Shown: positions 52,822 through 63,970 of the stretch, piece by piece | Layout: each line of letters begins with the position of its first letter | Numbering within the stretch: position 1 is the stretch's first letter | Source: Anolis carolinensis | Taxonomy: Eukaryota | DNA length: 64,000 bases | Direction of reading: 5' to 3' | NCBI RefSeq assembly: GCF_035594765.1 | Contig: NC_085845.1 | Location: 128,418,897-128,482,896 of the forward strand | Program-made: the position numbers and the translations under genes | The notes under the pieces: model-generated | Told to the model about the DNA's origin: nothing | The model's input: the letters and a program-made list of their open reading frames with translations, nothing else | Database searches by the model: none

Positions 52822-53598
52822 TGTAACGGAGAGGATTTTTCAAATTTGTCAGAATTGCCAAGGCTTTTATTTCTACTGCCACCAATATGTAGAGGATTCA
52901 AACTATTTTCCTCTATCAGTGCTGCCACCAATACTGTATTCAGGAGCCTCTTCTAGGTTAGAATATTGAGAGAGACACAGGTGACACTTTATGTGAGCAG
53001 AAACAAGAAATGGTTGTTTATTTGTAGTTTGAACAGTAATTATGCATGATGGTTTCATTAACATTGAACAGTAAAGATGCTTAACGGTTTCATTAAAGGC
53101 TTATAATTTTCTCTTCAAAGGATGTTCATATAACTTGGTTTCTGTGTAAATATGTTCATTCACCAAGGAAACACAAAGAGGACAATTTACTTTTAAATCC
53201 ACTTTTCCTGGGATTTAAATAGCAACTCTCTAGGCTATAGAGTTCACAAATATAGTTCTCAGCCCTTCCTTTCCTGAAGACCTTAACTATATTTCCTCAA
53301 AGAGGTTTCCCTTTTAAAAGACAGTTCCCAACTGACTGAATTTCAAACCCTAACTCCTAACTGCCTGAATTCCAAACTTCTACTGAAAAAGAATTCCCTG
53401 GCTCCCTGGCCCCAACTGTCACTTTGGCTCTGCCCATGTCTGGTTGCTAAGCAACTTCTCATTTGCATTCAGCCAATCAGCCTGCACCTAATGTAATGGC
53501 TGCTTGACTGCTCCTCCCCCTTGCTCTGCTGAGCTTCTGCAAGTAAGGCCTGCAAAATGGCCACACCATCAGCCCTGCTTACATAATGGCTACACAAC
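52822..53598 (-). mobile_element. Possible solo LTR
   Basis: TGT...ACA ends; promoter motif cluster at 53443-53479; minus-strand AATAAA at ~53017-53022; no TSD found. Confidence 0.4.
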
Positions 53599-54664
53599 AG
53601 TCCTGCAAGGTGGGTCACTTACCAACCTTGTAAGGTAGGCAAGATCCATTACATGCCCTACCATTCTGATCTCAGCATAAGTGATCATAGTGGCCCGGCA
53701 CTTACAGTGTACTCTGTAACCGCCAGAGGACCAGTAGCAGCAGCAGCACTTGGATGACTCATCTGCTTTGTCTGCACTGATCAGTGATGACAGTGGTGGC
53801 AGCTGTGTCCATGTGGACAGTGGATTATGTTGAAATGAATCCAATGCAGATGACCTACAATATTCTAGAACTTCCTGCCAATTCCAGAGTATCCCTCAAC
53901 TTTGCTTAAAGTGTAACTCAGGCAGATTAAAGGCAGAAAACTTGGCATACTTACCAGAAATCCCCTTGCATCATAAGGACTGCCAGTGTTGGATTCAAGG
54001 TGAGTATGGGTTTTAAAAAAACTAGTATAGACAAGCCCTTTCTCCATATCATGCACAGTTGTTGTTTTTTTACATTTCTATCATGTCTTCTTTTTTCTAC
54101 CCTTTTTCTAAGCCAGCCAGCCTAAATTTACAATCTTTCTGCATAAAGCACTTTTTCCACCCTTCTGTTCCTAAATTGTCCCATGAACAATGGCTCTAAA
54201 TCCTTTTAAACTCAACATTAATGTTTAGATATGATGGCCAGAACAGTACTCTGAGTTCCAGATAGCATGATATTGTGCTTCTGTGACAAGAGGTATTTTC
54301 AGTTCCATTTCTTGTTATAGCCAAAGTGGGATTTGTGTGCTTAGTAAACTGGCCACTTCACATTTCCTCCCAAAGTCAGAACTATTTATGAATGAGTGAA
54401 TAACCCCACCTCCCAATCAGTTAATTACTTGTAAAGTATATGAGGCATGAAAAACACTGATCATGAATAAAAAGAATTGGTTAGTTGTGTTTCTGTGTTA
54501 TATTTTGGGTAGCTGTAGAACAGAGAAAGGATTATGGCTGGCTTCAGCACAGCAAACAACTTGTTCAATGAGAAATAATAATAACAGCAATAGCATTGTT
54601 TTTATTTTATTTATATCTCACCTTTTCCCAGACTGTGACTCAAGGTGGATATCAATGTTAAAGC

Positions 54665-54770
54665 AGCTGCACCTTCAAATAATTTCTGACTTATGGCAAC
54701 CTGTGTGGTTTTGAATCCCGTCTTCAGAGTCCTAGTCCAGCATCCAAACAACTGCACCATGCTTGTTCTC
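54665..54770 (-). mobile_element. tRNA-SINE with RTE-type tail, internally deleted
   Basis: Head GCATGGTGCAGTTGTTTGGATGCTGGACTAGGACTCTGAAGACGGGATTCAAA joined to tail GCCATAAGTCAGAAATTATTTGAAGGTGCA; same family as 4459-4697. Confidence 0.65.
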
Positions 54771-56582
54771 TAGATACAGATATAAAAATACATATCTTGC
54801 AATAGTTTAAAAAACTAACCATAGAATTAAAAGAATAATAGGAAGAGAATCTGCTCATTTGAAATGTGACTCTTGAAGAGACTTCTATGGATCATGAACT
54901 ACCAAACCCCTCTGGAACAAATAGATCTAAGAGTAAATGTTGTCGAACACAAGACCCCCCTCCTCCCAAGATTTATAGTTTATCAAAGGACATCAAGCCA
55001 GAATGAGATAAAGCAGCCTCTTCTTTGTTGCATGAAGTTTTCTGAGCCCCACAGTGAACCAGCAGCAGCTAATATTTTCCAAGAAGTTCATTTTCCGTAC
55101 TTTTATATTATTTGACACAGTTCTTTAATCTGCACTGTTGTATCTTTTTGCTCCAAAAATATCCTTTTAAATAAATTCTGTGTCTTTCTTTATCCTTGGC
55201 TATACCTTGCTGATTTTAAAAGAACAAAGCCAAACCCCATATGAACTGCACAACCAATGTGCCACAATTCCGGAACTTTTATACAGATATACTATATTAT
55301 ATTGGGCTCTATCCTTGAATGTAATAGGGGCAGATGACACGAACTGTTTCTCCACCTCTGCCCAGCCAGGGCAGGGTGACTCCAAAAGCAATTATCACTT
55401 GACAATACACTTTCCTGAAGGACTTATGATTTCATCTGGATCTCCCCTCTAGAGATTCAGGCCATCAAACTCTCAGGACAAAGGTGCAAAAAGAGAACTC
55501 TATTTGCCTGATGGTCCCAAATAGACATCTCAGGACCTTCCCAATGTCTGTCCAGTCTGAAAGCAGATGGCTAAGATCAACACTCATTGTTCACAGGAAA
55601 ACTGGACGTAATCCTATAATCTGTTCTCTCTGAGTCCCTTCTGTGAGCATAATCCTGCCAAATATGGATTGGGCTTCCTGTGGACCCCTCTCCGCCCAGG
55701 GCCAGTTGATTGGCAGCCCCAGGACTACCCAGCCCAGCTAGGAGGGGAACTCCAGCCACGTCATCAAGCCTTGTTTCAGTTGCAGTCTGAGCTGACCAGT
55801 CCCTGCTCTCAGCCAATCAGAGACTTGGGTAAGAAAATTTGAGCTCAGAAAATGTTAATGAATGATATTTCTACTGTATAAGAATTGTTGCATGTCCCAT
55901 AATCCCTATGCTTGTACATTTTCGGCACCTATTGCTGTACATATATCCCTTATGATGGCTGAATAAAGCTTCTGTCATTTGCCTTCTACTGGTGAGTCTG
56001 ATCTTCCAGGAACATTGGGTTAGTTGGTTTTGCCAAGCACAGACACTCAGAATCAGTTTCCACTGTCTATAGAACTGGTAACCACAGTCTATAGGATTCA
56101 AATTCTGACTTCACAAATCAAGGCTGAACATTTGAGGAGCTATTGCAACAAGGAAGTTGAGTGATTCTTGCAGCCATCCCTGGTTAACAATCTGACTGTG
56201 TTCTTAAGATCACTGTTGCAACAAGGGAATATTGTACTCTCTGTAACCAGCACCCATTAGTAATCTGGCTGCAGCTCATTGGCCCAATTGATGTTTCTGA
56301 ATATGTTTAAAAGACAGCCCCACACTGATAATGAAGCAATCCATAAGAGATATAACCAAGGCATAAGTCATCATGGCCAAATCTAATGGGCTATGGGCAT
56401 GGCGGGCCTGTTGTTTCAGCAACCGTTAATTAATAATAACATCTTCTGTTCCTATACATGCATTGGCTTCTCTCATGTGTCAAATATTTCTATGTAAAGA
56501 ATTTTAGAAATATAGCTCCTGGCATGAAAATTAATTAATATAAATTATTTATGTACAATAAATTGTATGTACATATATGTAC

Positions 56583-57566
56583 CCCCATGCAAAGGATCGT
56601 TACCTTGACGTGGTGCTGGAACTTGAGTGCCTCGATGATGCCATGAGCTATACCATGCAGGGCCACCCAAGACTGGGAGGTCATGGCAGAGAGAACCCTA
56701 TTCAACTTGTAAGCAGAACACATCATGCGACGTGTGGGGCTTGACGATTCCAAGGCCGGAGTTAAAATTTCTGGAAGAAACATTAACAACCTTAGGTATG
56801 CAGATGATACCACTCTGATGGCTGAAAGTGAGGAAGAGCTGAGGAGCCTTATCGCCAGGGTGAAAGAAGAAAGTGCAAAACCTGGGTTGCAGTTAAACGT
56901 CAATAAAACCAAGATCATGGCAACTACACCTATTGATAACTGGCAAATAGAAGTAGAAAACATGGAGGCAGTGACAGACTTTATATTTCTAGGAGCAAAG
57001 ATCACTGCAGATGCAGACTGCAGCCAGGAAATCAGAAGATGTTTACTTCTTGGGAGGAGAGCAATGGCCAATCTTGATAAAATAGTGAAGAGCAGAGACA
57101 TCACACTGGTAACGAAGGTCCACATAGTCAAAGCAATGGTATTCCCCATAGTAACTTATGGCTGCGAGAGCTGGACCATAAGGAAGGCTGAACGGAGGAA
57201 GATAGACACTTTTGAACTTTGGTGTTGGAGGAAAATCCTGAGAGTGCCTTGGACCGCAAGAAGATCCAACCAGTCCATCATCCAGGAAATAATGCCTGGC
57301 TGCTCACTGGAGGGAAGGATATTAGAGGCAAAGTTGAAGTATTTTGGCCACATCATGAGAAGACAGGAAAGCTTGGAAAAGATCACGATGCTGGGGAAAA
57401 TGCAAGGAAAAGGGAAGAGAGGGCGAGATGGATGGACGGTATCCTTGAAGTGACTGACTTGACCTTGAAGGAACTGGGGGTGGTGACGGCCAACAGGAAG
57501 CTCTGGTGTGGACTGGTCCATGAGGTCACGAAGAGTTGGAAACGACTATGCAACTGAGCAGCAGCA
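56583..57566 (+). mobile_element. Bipartite RTE-BovB derivative (5'UTR segment fused to RT 3' part)
   Basis: Perfect 12-bp TSD ACATATATGTAC at 56571-56582 and 57567-57578; 56583-56693 matches recalled BovB 5' region; remainder is BovB RT and 3' end. Confidence 0.88.
56725..57453 (+). pseudogene. BovB reverse transcriptase C-terminal fragment
   Basis: INNLRYADDTTLMAESEEELRSL...YGCESWTIRKAERRKID; lacks endonuclease and N-terminal RT motifs. Confidence 0.92.
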
Positions 57567-58562
57567 ACATATATGTACAGATATGCATTCATTCCACATG
57601 CTGCCCTGGTTCTACTTATACATCACAATTGTTTTATTTGATAGAAATGTCTTATAGCATTATTGGGGGCCATATGCAATCTTTGACACCTCTTGATTTA
57701 AACTCAGATTTTATGTCTTTCCCCCTGTTACCTAAATGTGACTTTAAAAATGATTCAGTTTTTAGTTAATTTTTATTTTAATTTATTTTTAATGTGATAA
57801 TAACATGGAAAATGTTTAGGAGATAGGAGCAAAAAAAAAAAAAAAAAAAAAGGAGGCAAGAAAAAAACAAGGTAAGCCCTGAATTCCATGTTTCTGTATT
57901 GCTCCTCATGGCTTTTCTCTCTCCTGTATGGGAATACTTGCATATTTTTGTTCATTTTTGTGGCCCAAACATATGCATTTTAAAGCATTTTCCCTTTGAT
58001 TAGGATCTGTTTGTGGACTTTTTGTTTTTCAAAAGTATGCATCTTCAGTCACTTGTATTTTTCAAATGAAGCTGTTGGCTAATGTGAATATTTCCTAAGC
58101 AAACTTTATTACAAATGGAGTTGGCAGGTGAAAAAAGGGCACATCTCCCATCTCTCTAATGGTTGAGCAGAAGAGAGAATTTTGATAGGTTCTGCTTGCA
58201 TGACTAGTCTTCAAAACAAATCCCCATGCTGTATCACTTCAAGTCTGGAAGTATGAATTGGGTAGTTCCATACATTTCCATACACAAAGGCTAGTTTGCA
58301 CCCCTAAAGGAAGAAGAGGTCGAGAGAGGAAAGGGGGGAAAGTGGCTCAGTTCTAAAAATAACCTTTTTTTAGAATTGAAGAGAGAATTAGACTCGCACT
58401 AAGTGGCTGCATTTAGTTCCTATTCAAAAGCTCTACATGGAAGAAGATAGTCTCTGCAGAGGTGTAGCAACTTGTTCATCGAAATCCTTGCAATTGAGCT
58501 AATTTCTGTTGATGCAGTCAATTGGCCAGATTCGAACAAGAAAGATCAAAGGTCCAAGAAGG

Positions 58563-58618
58563 AGGTTGGACTGGATGGCCCTTATGGTCTCTTCCAGCTC
58601 TATGATTTTATGATTCTA
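58563..58618 (+). mobile_element. CR1 3' terminal stub
   Basis: GGTTGGACTGGATGGCCCTTATGGTCTCTTCCAGCTCTATGATTTTATGATTCT. Confidence 0.8.
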
Positions 58619-59278
58619 TTTTATATTTTAGGACTGCCCCAAATTCTATAATATGCCTATTTCTCGGAGTGATCCCTCTTTGAATTTAGTGGGTAAAATA
58701 GCTTACACTGTATATCTTTCCTAGTATAGAGGCAACCTAATGCCCTTTCCAAAATAATCATGAAATTATCTGTTGTATGCCAGTACATAGAGAAGTAAAT
58801 TATTAATAGCTGAGAGGAAGAAATATTTTAGTTTTCTTCCAAAGGCCAACAAGATCTAAATTAATTGTCCTGTTATTCACCAAACTTGTTCTATGGATCT
58901 CAAAAATTAAACAAGCACACAAACAATAGGATAACTGGGTGTGCTGTATCCCCTTTTCATATGTGTTGAATGTGTTTTTAAAACTGTCGCTAACTTGTGT
59001 TTTGATTGTTTTAACTTTTGTATTAATAATTTTAGGTGCACTGTGCCAAGATAAATGTATTAATAATTCATTAAGACTGAAGTTCTACATGTGCCACTTA
59101 GTTGCTTAGCTACCTTAGTTATATAGCTAAATAGCATCTAACCTCTCCACTCCATCCTTACTTAGTAGAGAGCAGCCACTGCAAGAAATTGGGATCTATT
59201 AGCTTGTTGATTGTGCTTTCATTTCGTACAATGAAAAATTCTTGGTGGAACAATCAGAAGCAGGATCTCCCAATCCAG

Positions 59279-59507
59279 ATTTACCAGGCATCAGCCAATG
59301 TAAGCAATGGAGATCTGCTCTCCTGCTGACTGGAACTTAGAAGACTGATATTTCCATCCTTTCCAATGAGAATTCAATCAGAATCAGGATCCTTATTGAA
59401 ATTCTCCTCCTCTCAATGGAGATAATTCATGGGGATTGTGTGATCTGCTGTGCTTGTCAACAAGATAACAGACTCTTGCTGCTTGCAGTTATTGATGCCT
59501 GGTAAGT
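59279..59507. repeat. Old imperfect inverted repeat with 52-bp arms
   Basis: 59279-59330 vs reverse complement of 59456-59507: 35/52 ungapped identities including perfect TTACCAGGCATCA. Confidence 0.7.
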
Positions 59508-61369
59508 GAAAATGTGGAGTTTTACATTCTGCACTATTGGATTTGTAGAACTTCTGAAAATGAATGACTTACAAATAAACTTGGTTATGCATTCGGTATA
59601 GTGATCATGAATTTCAGACAAACTCTGTGCCTTTCATGCATGCAAGTAGCCTAGTGCAGCCATCCCTCCTCTCCTCAACAACTTTATTATTGAATAGTGA
59701 TAAACATTGAAAGATTCTGGAGCTGTTGTGTTATACTTTCAGATGACCAAAGGAGAAGTGTAAATGAGCAGCAAGGTCTTGCAGTTCAGTGCAATTTATC
59801 ACCTAGGAAGGGGTTTGGTCAAACCACATTAATTATACAACAGCTTTATATCTAAAAAAAGAAGAATGCCCTGGAATGCTTAAATCAAAATCATTTAGAA
59901 GCAACTTGATAGATATTAAACACCTCTGAGAAGGAAAAATGCTGCAGGCAGTTTTGTTAATAAGTCTGGTTTGGTTAATTATTGCCTAAAGCAGTTCTGA
60001 ACTAATTATTTACTCCCCAAGGGGGACTCCACGTTTTCTGCATAAAAGTGCCAGAGATTGATTTTCCTTAATTGACAGCATACAGTACTAGACAGACCAC
60101 ATGGAGCTGAAGGTTAAACCATTTATAGAAAGCAATAGCCAGGCCCCTACAGAGTACCAGGCAATGCATCAACAGGAATGGGAGACCCGAGCCCCAACTG
60201 CGGCACTTTGGGGGAAGAGGCTTATTTGTCTCTGTCATCTGGCCTTTACGGTTCATTTAACATCTTAAATAGCCTGCATAAATTAACTAGTTTTCATAGT
60301 TCTGCATCTTCCCTGCACCAAAGAGTTGTTTTTCTATTCAGCAGAGGACTTGGGGAAGTTTAATAACTTTTTGGGTGTATAAATAAAATGCTTTCTGCTT
60401 AAATGTTGGGACTTCATGTATTCTTGAAAGATGTTTTTTGAAAAGTATCCCTTTTTAATCAAACTGGCAAAACAACTCACAAAATTAAGGTATACCAGTG
60501 AACAATACAACCTGACGAAGATTTTTTTCTTTCTTTTTTATTTTATTTTAGGAATGTTCTTTTATTAAATAAAATAAAGCATAATAAATTATAATATGCA
60601 GGCAGTGAGTCAGAGCATTTCTACAAATATATAGACTAGGATGTCTTAATGAAAATACCAGTGTTGAGTTCATCCTGTTCTAATTATACTATCTATTGTT
60701 CCAGAGGTCATCAATTAAACAGTCTAGCTCCCTGCTTTTCCAGTATAGCACTCCAGTAAGATATCCCAGAGATCTCCATGCTTGTTCAGATATTCCCAGG
60801 AATATAACAATTTCTCCATAAATATACTCAGTTAGTTTTCTGTTTTGCACAAGGTCCAGAATCCCTTGAAATACACCTGAATTATCTGCTTATTTCCACT
60901 GTTTCACAACCTGTTCACAAGCCACCAGCAATTGTGAACTGTAGTTCTTTTTTTTTCTTCATCATGACTTTTTTTTACAGAAGGAAGTTAAGATTAAATT
61001 AAAATTTATAATAGTCAAATTTGAAACCCCCACGTTGAAATAGTATTTCCTTCTAAAAACCTTTTGAAGGGCTCCCAGTCTTTCCTAAACTCGGAAGGGT
61101 CTTTTTACTGGAGATACCTGACGTGGATTTTGAGAAGTGAATATGGAAGTTCCCAGTCCAGTTATTCTATCCATAGTTAAGTAGTCAGACTGAGTGTGAA
61201 ATTCAGGCAACTGTGATAAAAAAATTAACTTCCAGATCTCTCGAAACAGCCAACTCTTCCAAAATCTTCACATGGGCCCCACAGATTTCTGGTTCTTACA
61301 ATGTGGCATGAGGTGGTTTGATATACCTGTGTATGGAAATATGCTCATTCAAATGCAAAAAGAACTTCT

Positions 61370-61946
61370 TTCTTAATAGATTTTTATTAAAGGTTTATAT
61401 TTACAAAAAGTAAAAAGTATAAGGTTATTAGGGGAGGGGAGGGATAAGGAACGTTGGGTATTGGGTGTTTCCTAGGTATCTACCAGCTAAAGTGGAAACT
61501 ACAGGAAGTGTTTAAGGAGAGAAATAGGGTAGATAAGCATGGGGTTTTTTTAAGAGTTTGACTTCCTATCTTCTCTGTTGTGGTTACTTCTTTCTTGGTT
61601 TTCTTAAATTCTAGTCTCGGTGTGTTTTTTCCTTTTCTTGTCTCTCCTAAGGGGGCATTGTTTTATTATAAGTCTTCTTATATGTCAACTATCAATTTGA
61701 TATTTTCTTGGATCATATAGTCATCAGATCCATACAGGCATAGAAGAGAACAAAGAAAAACTTGTCCATTATCTAACAACAGCAACGAGAATGAACTACG
61801 CACGTCATTGGAGAACAAAGAAAATACCAATAAAAAAACAATTGATTTTGAAAATAATGGACATAATGAATATGGATACTCTAACACAGATGATGAAAAA
61901 TAATGAATGTAAAAAAAGTAAAATGACGGACTGGTCATTAATTAAA
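61370..61946 (-). mobile_element. 5'-inverted L1 insertion
   Basis: TSD GCAAAAAGAACTTCT (61355-61369) / GCAAAGAGAACTTCT (61947-61961); minus-strand 3'UTR and AATAAA on the left; plus-strand EENKEKLVHYLTTATRMNYARHWRTKKIP...TDWSLIK on the right. Confidence 0.82.
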
Positions 61947-62162
61947 GCAAAGAGAACTTCTAATGAGAAGGATTAGGATAAATTGTTACATATATTACTT
62001 ATAATTACAGTATTTTAAAAAAAAACATAGAATCTGATCTGATGGAACAGCAACATTCAATCTCATTAAGGTCAAATGTTAATGAACAAATTATTCCATA
62101 TCAGATTTAAGGTTTCATACACATACACATGCAACATTGTTAGGAAAGTCCAAGGATAAGAC

Positions 62163-62321
62163 CAGTGGTTCTCAGCCTGGGGTTCCCAGATGTTTTTGGC
62201 TTACAACTCCCAGAAATCCCAGCCAGTTTACCAACTTCAACAACACACAGTTTACCAACTGTTAGGATTTCTGTGAGTTGAAGGCCAAAAACATTTGGGG
62301 ACCCCAGATTGAGAACCACTG
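62163..62321. mobile_element. hAT MITE copy 3 with 24-bp internal insertion
   Basis: TIR CAGTGGTTCTCA / TGAGAACCACTG; TSD GATAAGAC / GATTAGAC; CAGTTTACCAACT duplicated. Confidence 0.9.
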
Positions 62322-63001
62322 GATTAGACCTTATTGAAGCTACTGTCTCATCCAGCAAATTGTGGAGTATCAGAATGTCAAGAAGCCCTTTATCTTGTTG
62401 TGAACCATTCCTACAAAACTGATTGCTCACTGTCCTTAATCCCATGTACACCTACTTTTCCTGCTACTGATCTTTGCTTTTTATAAAGCATTTTGGATGG
62501 CTTCTTAGGTCTGCTAGCTCTTTTTCTATTCCTTGTCCTCGTCTTTCTTTTCAATCCATTGCTCTCTCATTCCAGCATACAAACTTCCTTGGCCTGCTTT
62601 CCTTGAACCGTCTAAATTAAATGAGCAGTTGTGCACTTTACTTTTCTACCTACTGTTTGTGTGATGTGAACCTAGATCACATATAGTAGATTAGAAATGC
62701 TTTGTTTGGTGTGTTTCTGTATAGCACAGAAACACAACAATCTCCTCTGTGTTTCCAACTTTCATTTTCTTTTTCATCCTTAGAAGGTCGACAATTTGGC
62801 ATATTATTAACATAATAGAAAAACTATATGTTGAAAAAAAAGAGGCATGAATGCTTGAATGAAGTGTTTTGTGAGAAAATGAATTTAGATAATGCCTGTC
62901 CTTAATTTGATCTTTTTGTGTCTTTATTTAATCTATGGAGCGCCAACCACCATAACTGCTAGCCTACACCCCCATGTTACAGCCAGTTTTTAGGAGATCT
63001 A

Positions 63002-63311
63002 TTTTGTCAAATGATTTTTATTGTGAGTTTTTCTCAACAGACAAACAAACAAATAAACAAGTATACATTAACCATACGACAGTTGACAGTACCACAATAA
63101 CTGTGTGAGAAGCAATGGGGAAGGGTGCGGAGGGGGAGGGACAAGGGGGGTGGTGGGTGAGTGTTTCTGATCAAAAGAACGAATGGAACATTAGTGAAAG
63201 CTACCGACTGGACCAATTTCGAGGACTATCTAAGGAATAAAATACAAATAAGTAAAGACTGATTAAAAGATTTAAGAAGAATGATAAATGGAAGTTAACT
63301 CATGCACTCAC
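63002..63311 (-). mobile_element. 5'-inverted L1 insertion (short)
   Basis: Perfect 19-bp TSD CCAGTTTTTAGGAGATCTA at 62983-63001 and 63312-63330; minus-strand tail and AATAAA on the left; plus-strand FLIKRTNGTLVKATDWTNFEDYLRNK from 63164. Confidence 0.85.
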
Positions 63312-63547
63312 CCAGTTTTTAGGAGATCTAAAACCAAGTGTTACTCAATCTTTTTTCCCTCAGCTTGGGTCCTCAATAATAACTCTTGCCATTTGTACTA
63401 TATTCTGATATTGCTTGGCCATCCATGTCCCAGTTTTGATCTGTGAAATGTTGGAGCGTATGCAGTTTGAGTCTGAACTTTAGAAAAACTATGCAAAGTG
63501 AATAAGCACTTTGGATAGCTCCATAAAATCCAGACTAAAATCTAGCA

Positions 63548-63677
63548 CAGTTGTTCTGAACCTGTGGGTCCCCAGATGGCCTTCAACTCCCAGAAATCCT
63601 AAGACCTGGTAAACTGTCTGGGATTTCTGGGAGTTGTAGGCCAAAACATTTAGGGACCCACAGGTTGAGAACCACTG
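63548..63677. mobile_element. hAT MITE copy 4 (opposite orientation)
   Basis: TIR CAGTTGTTCTGAACCTGTGGGTCCC / GGGACCCACAGGTTGAGAACCACTG; TSD ATCTAGCA / ATCTAACA. Confidence 0.9.
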
Positions 63678-63920
63678 ATCTAACACATTTTTCTTGACTC
63701 TCTGGGACAGCAGCTATCCTATACTACTCTCAAGCAAATACTACCAGATTCCCCCATATTGCAGCATCCTGACATTAATGGCAAGTACTGTTTACATGCT
63801 TCCCTCTCTTCATACACAATAAAATCATTTTTGCCATTGTGTCTTTCCACTTTCTTCCAAGCTCCTCAATATTCTTCTTTAAGCTTAATTGAATGTTATT
63901 GCCCTTATGAAAATACATGA

Positions 63921-63970
63921 AATCAATCAATCAATTAGTCAATTATTCAGTCAGTCAGTCATTCAATCAA
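63921..63970. repeat. (CAAT)n/(CAGT)n compound microsatellite
   Basis: Imperfect tetranucleotide run. Confidence 0.75.

Noticed and set aside
56535-57149. 204-aa minus-strand ORF
   Set aside because: Antisense shadow of the BovB RT frame
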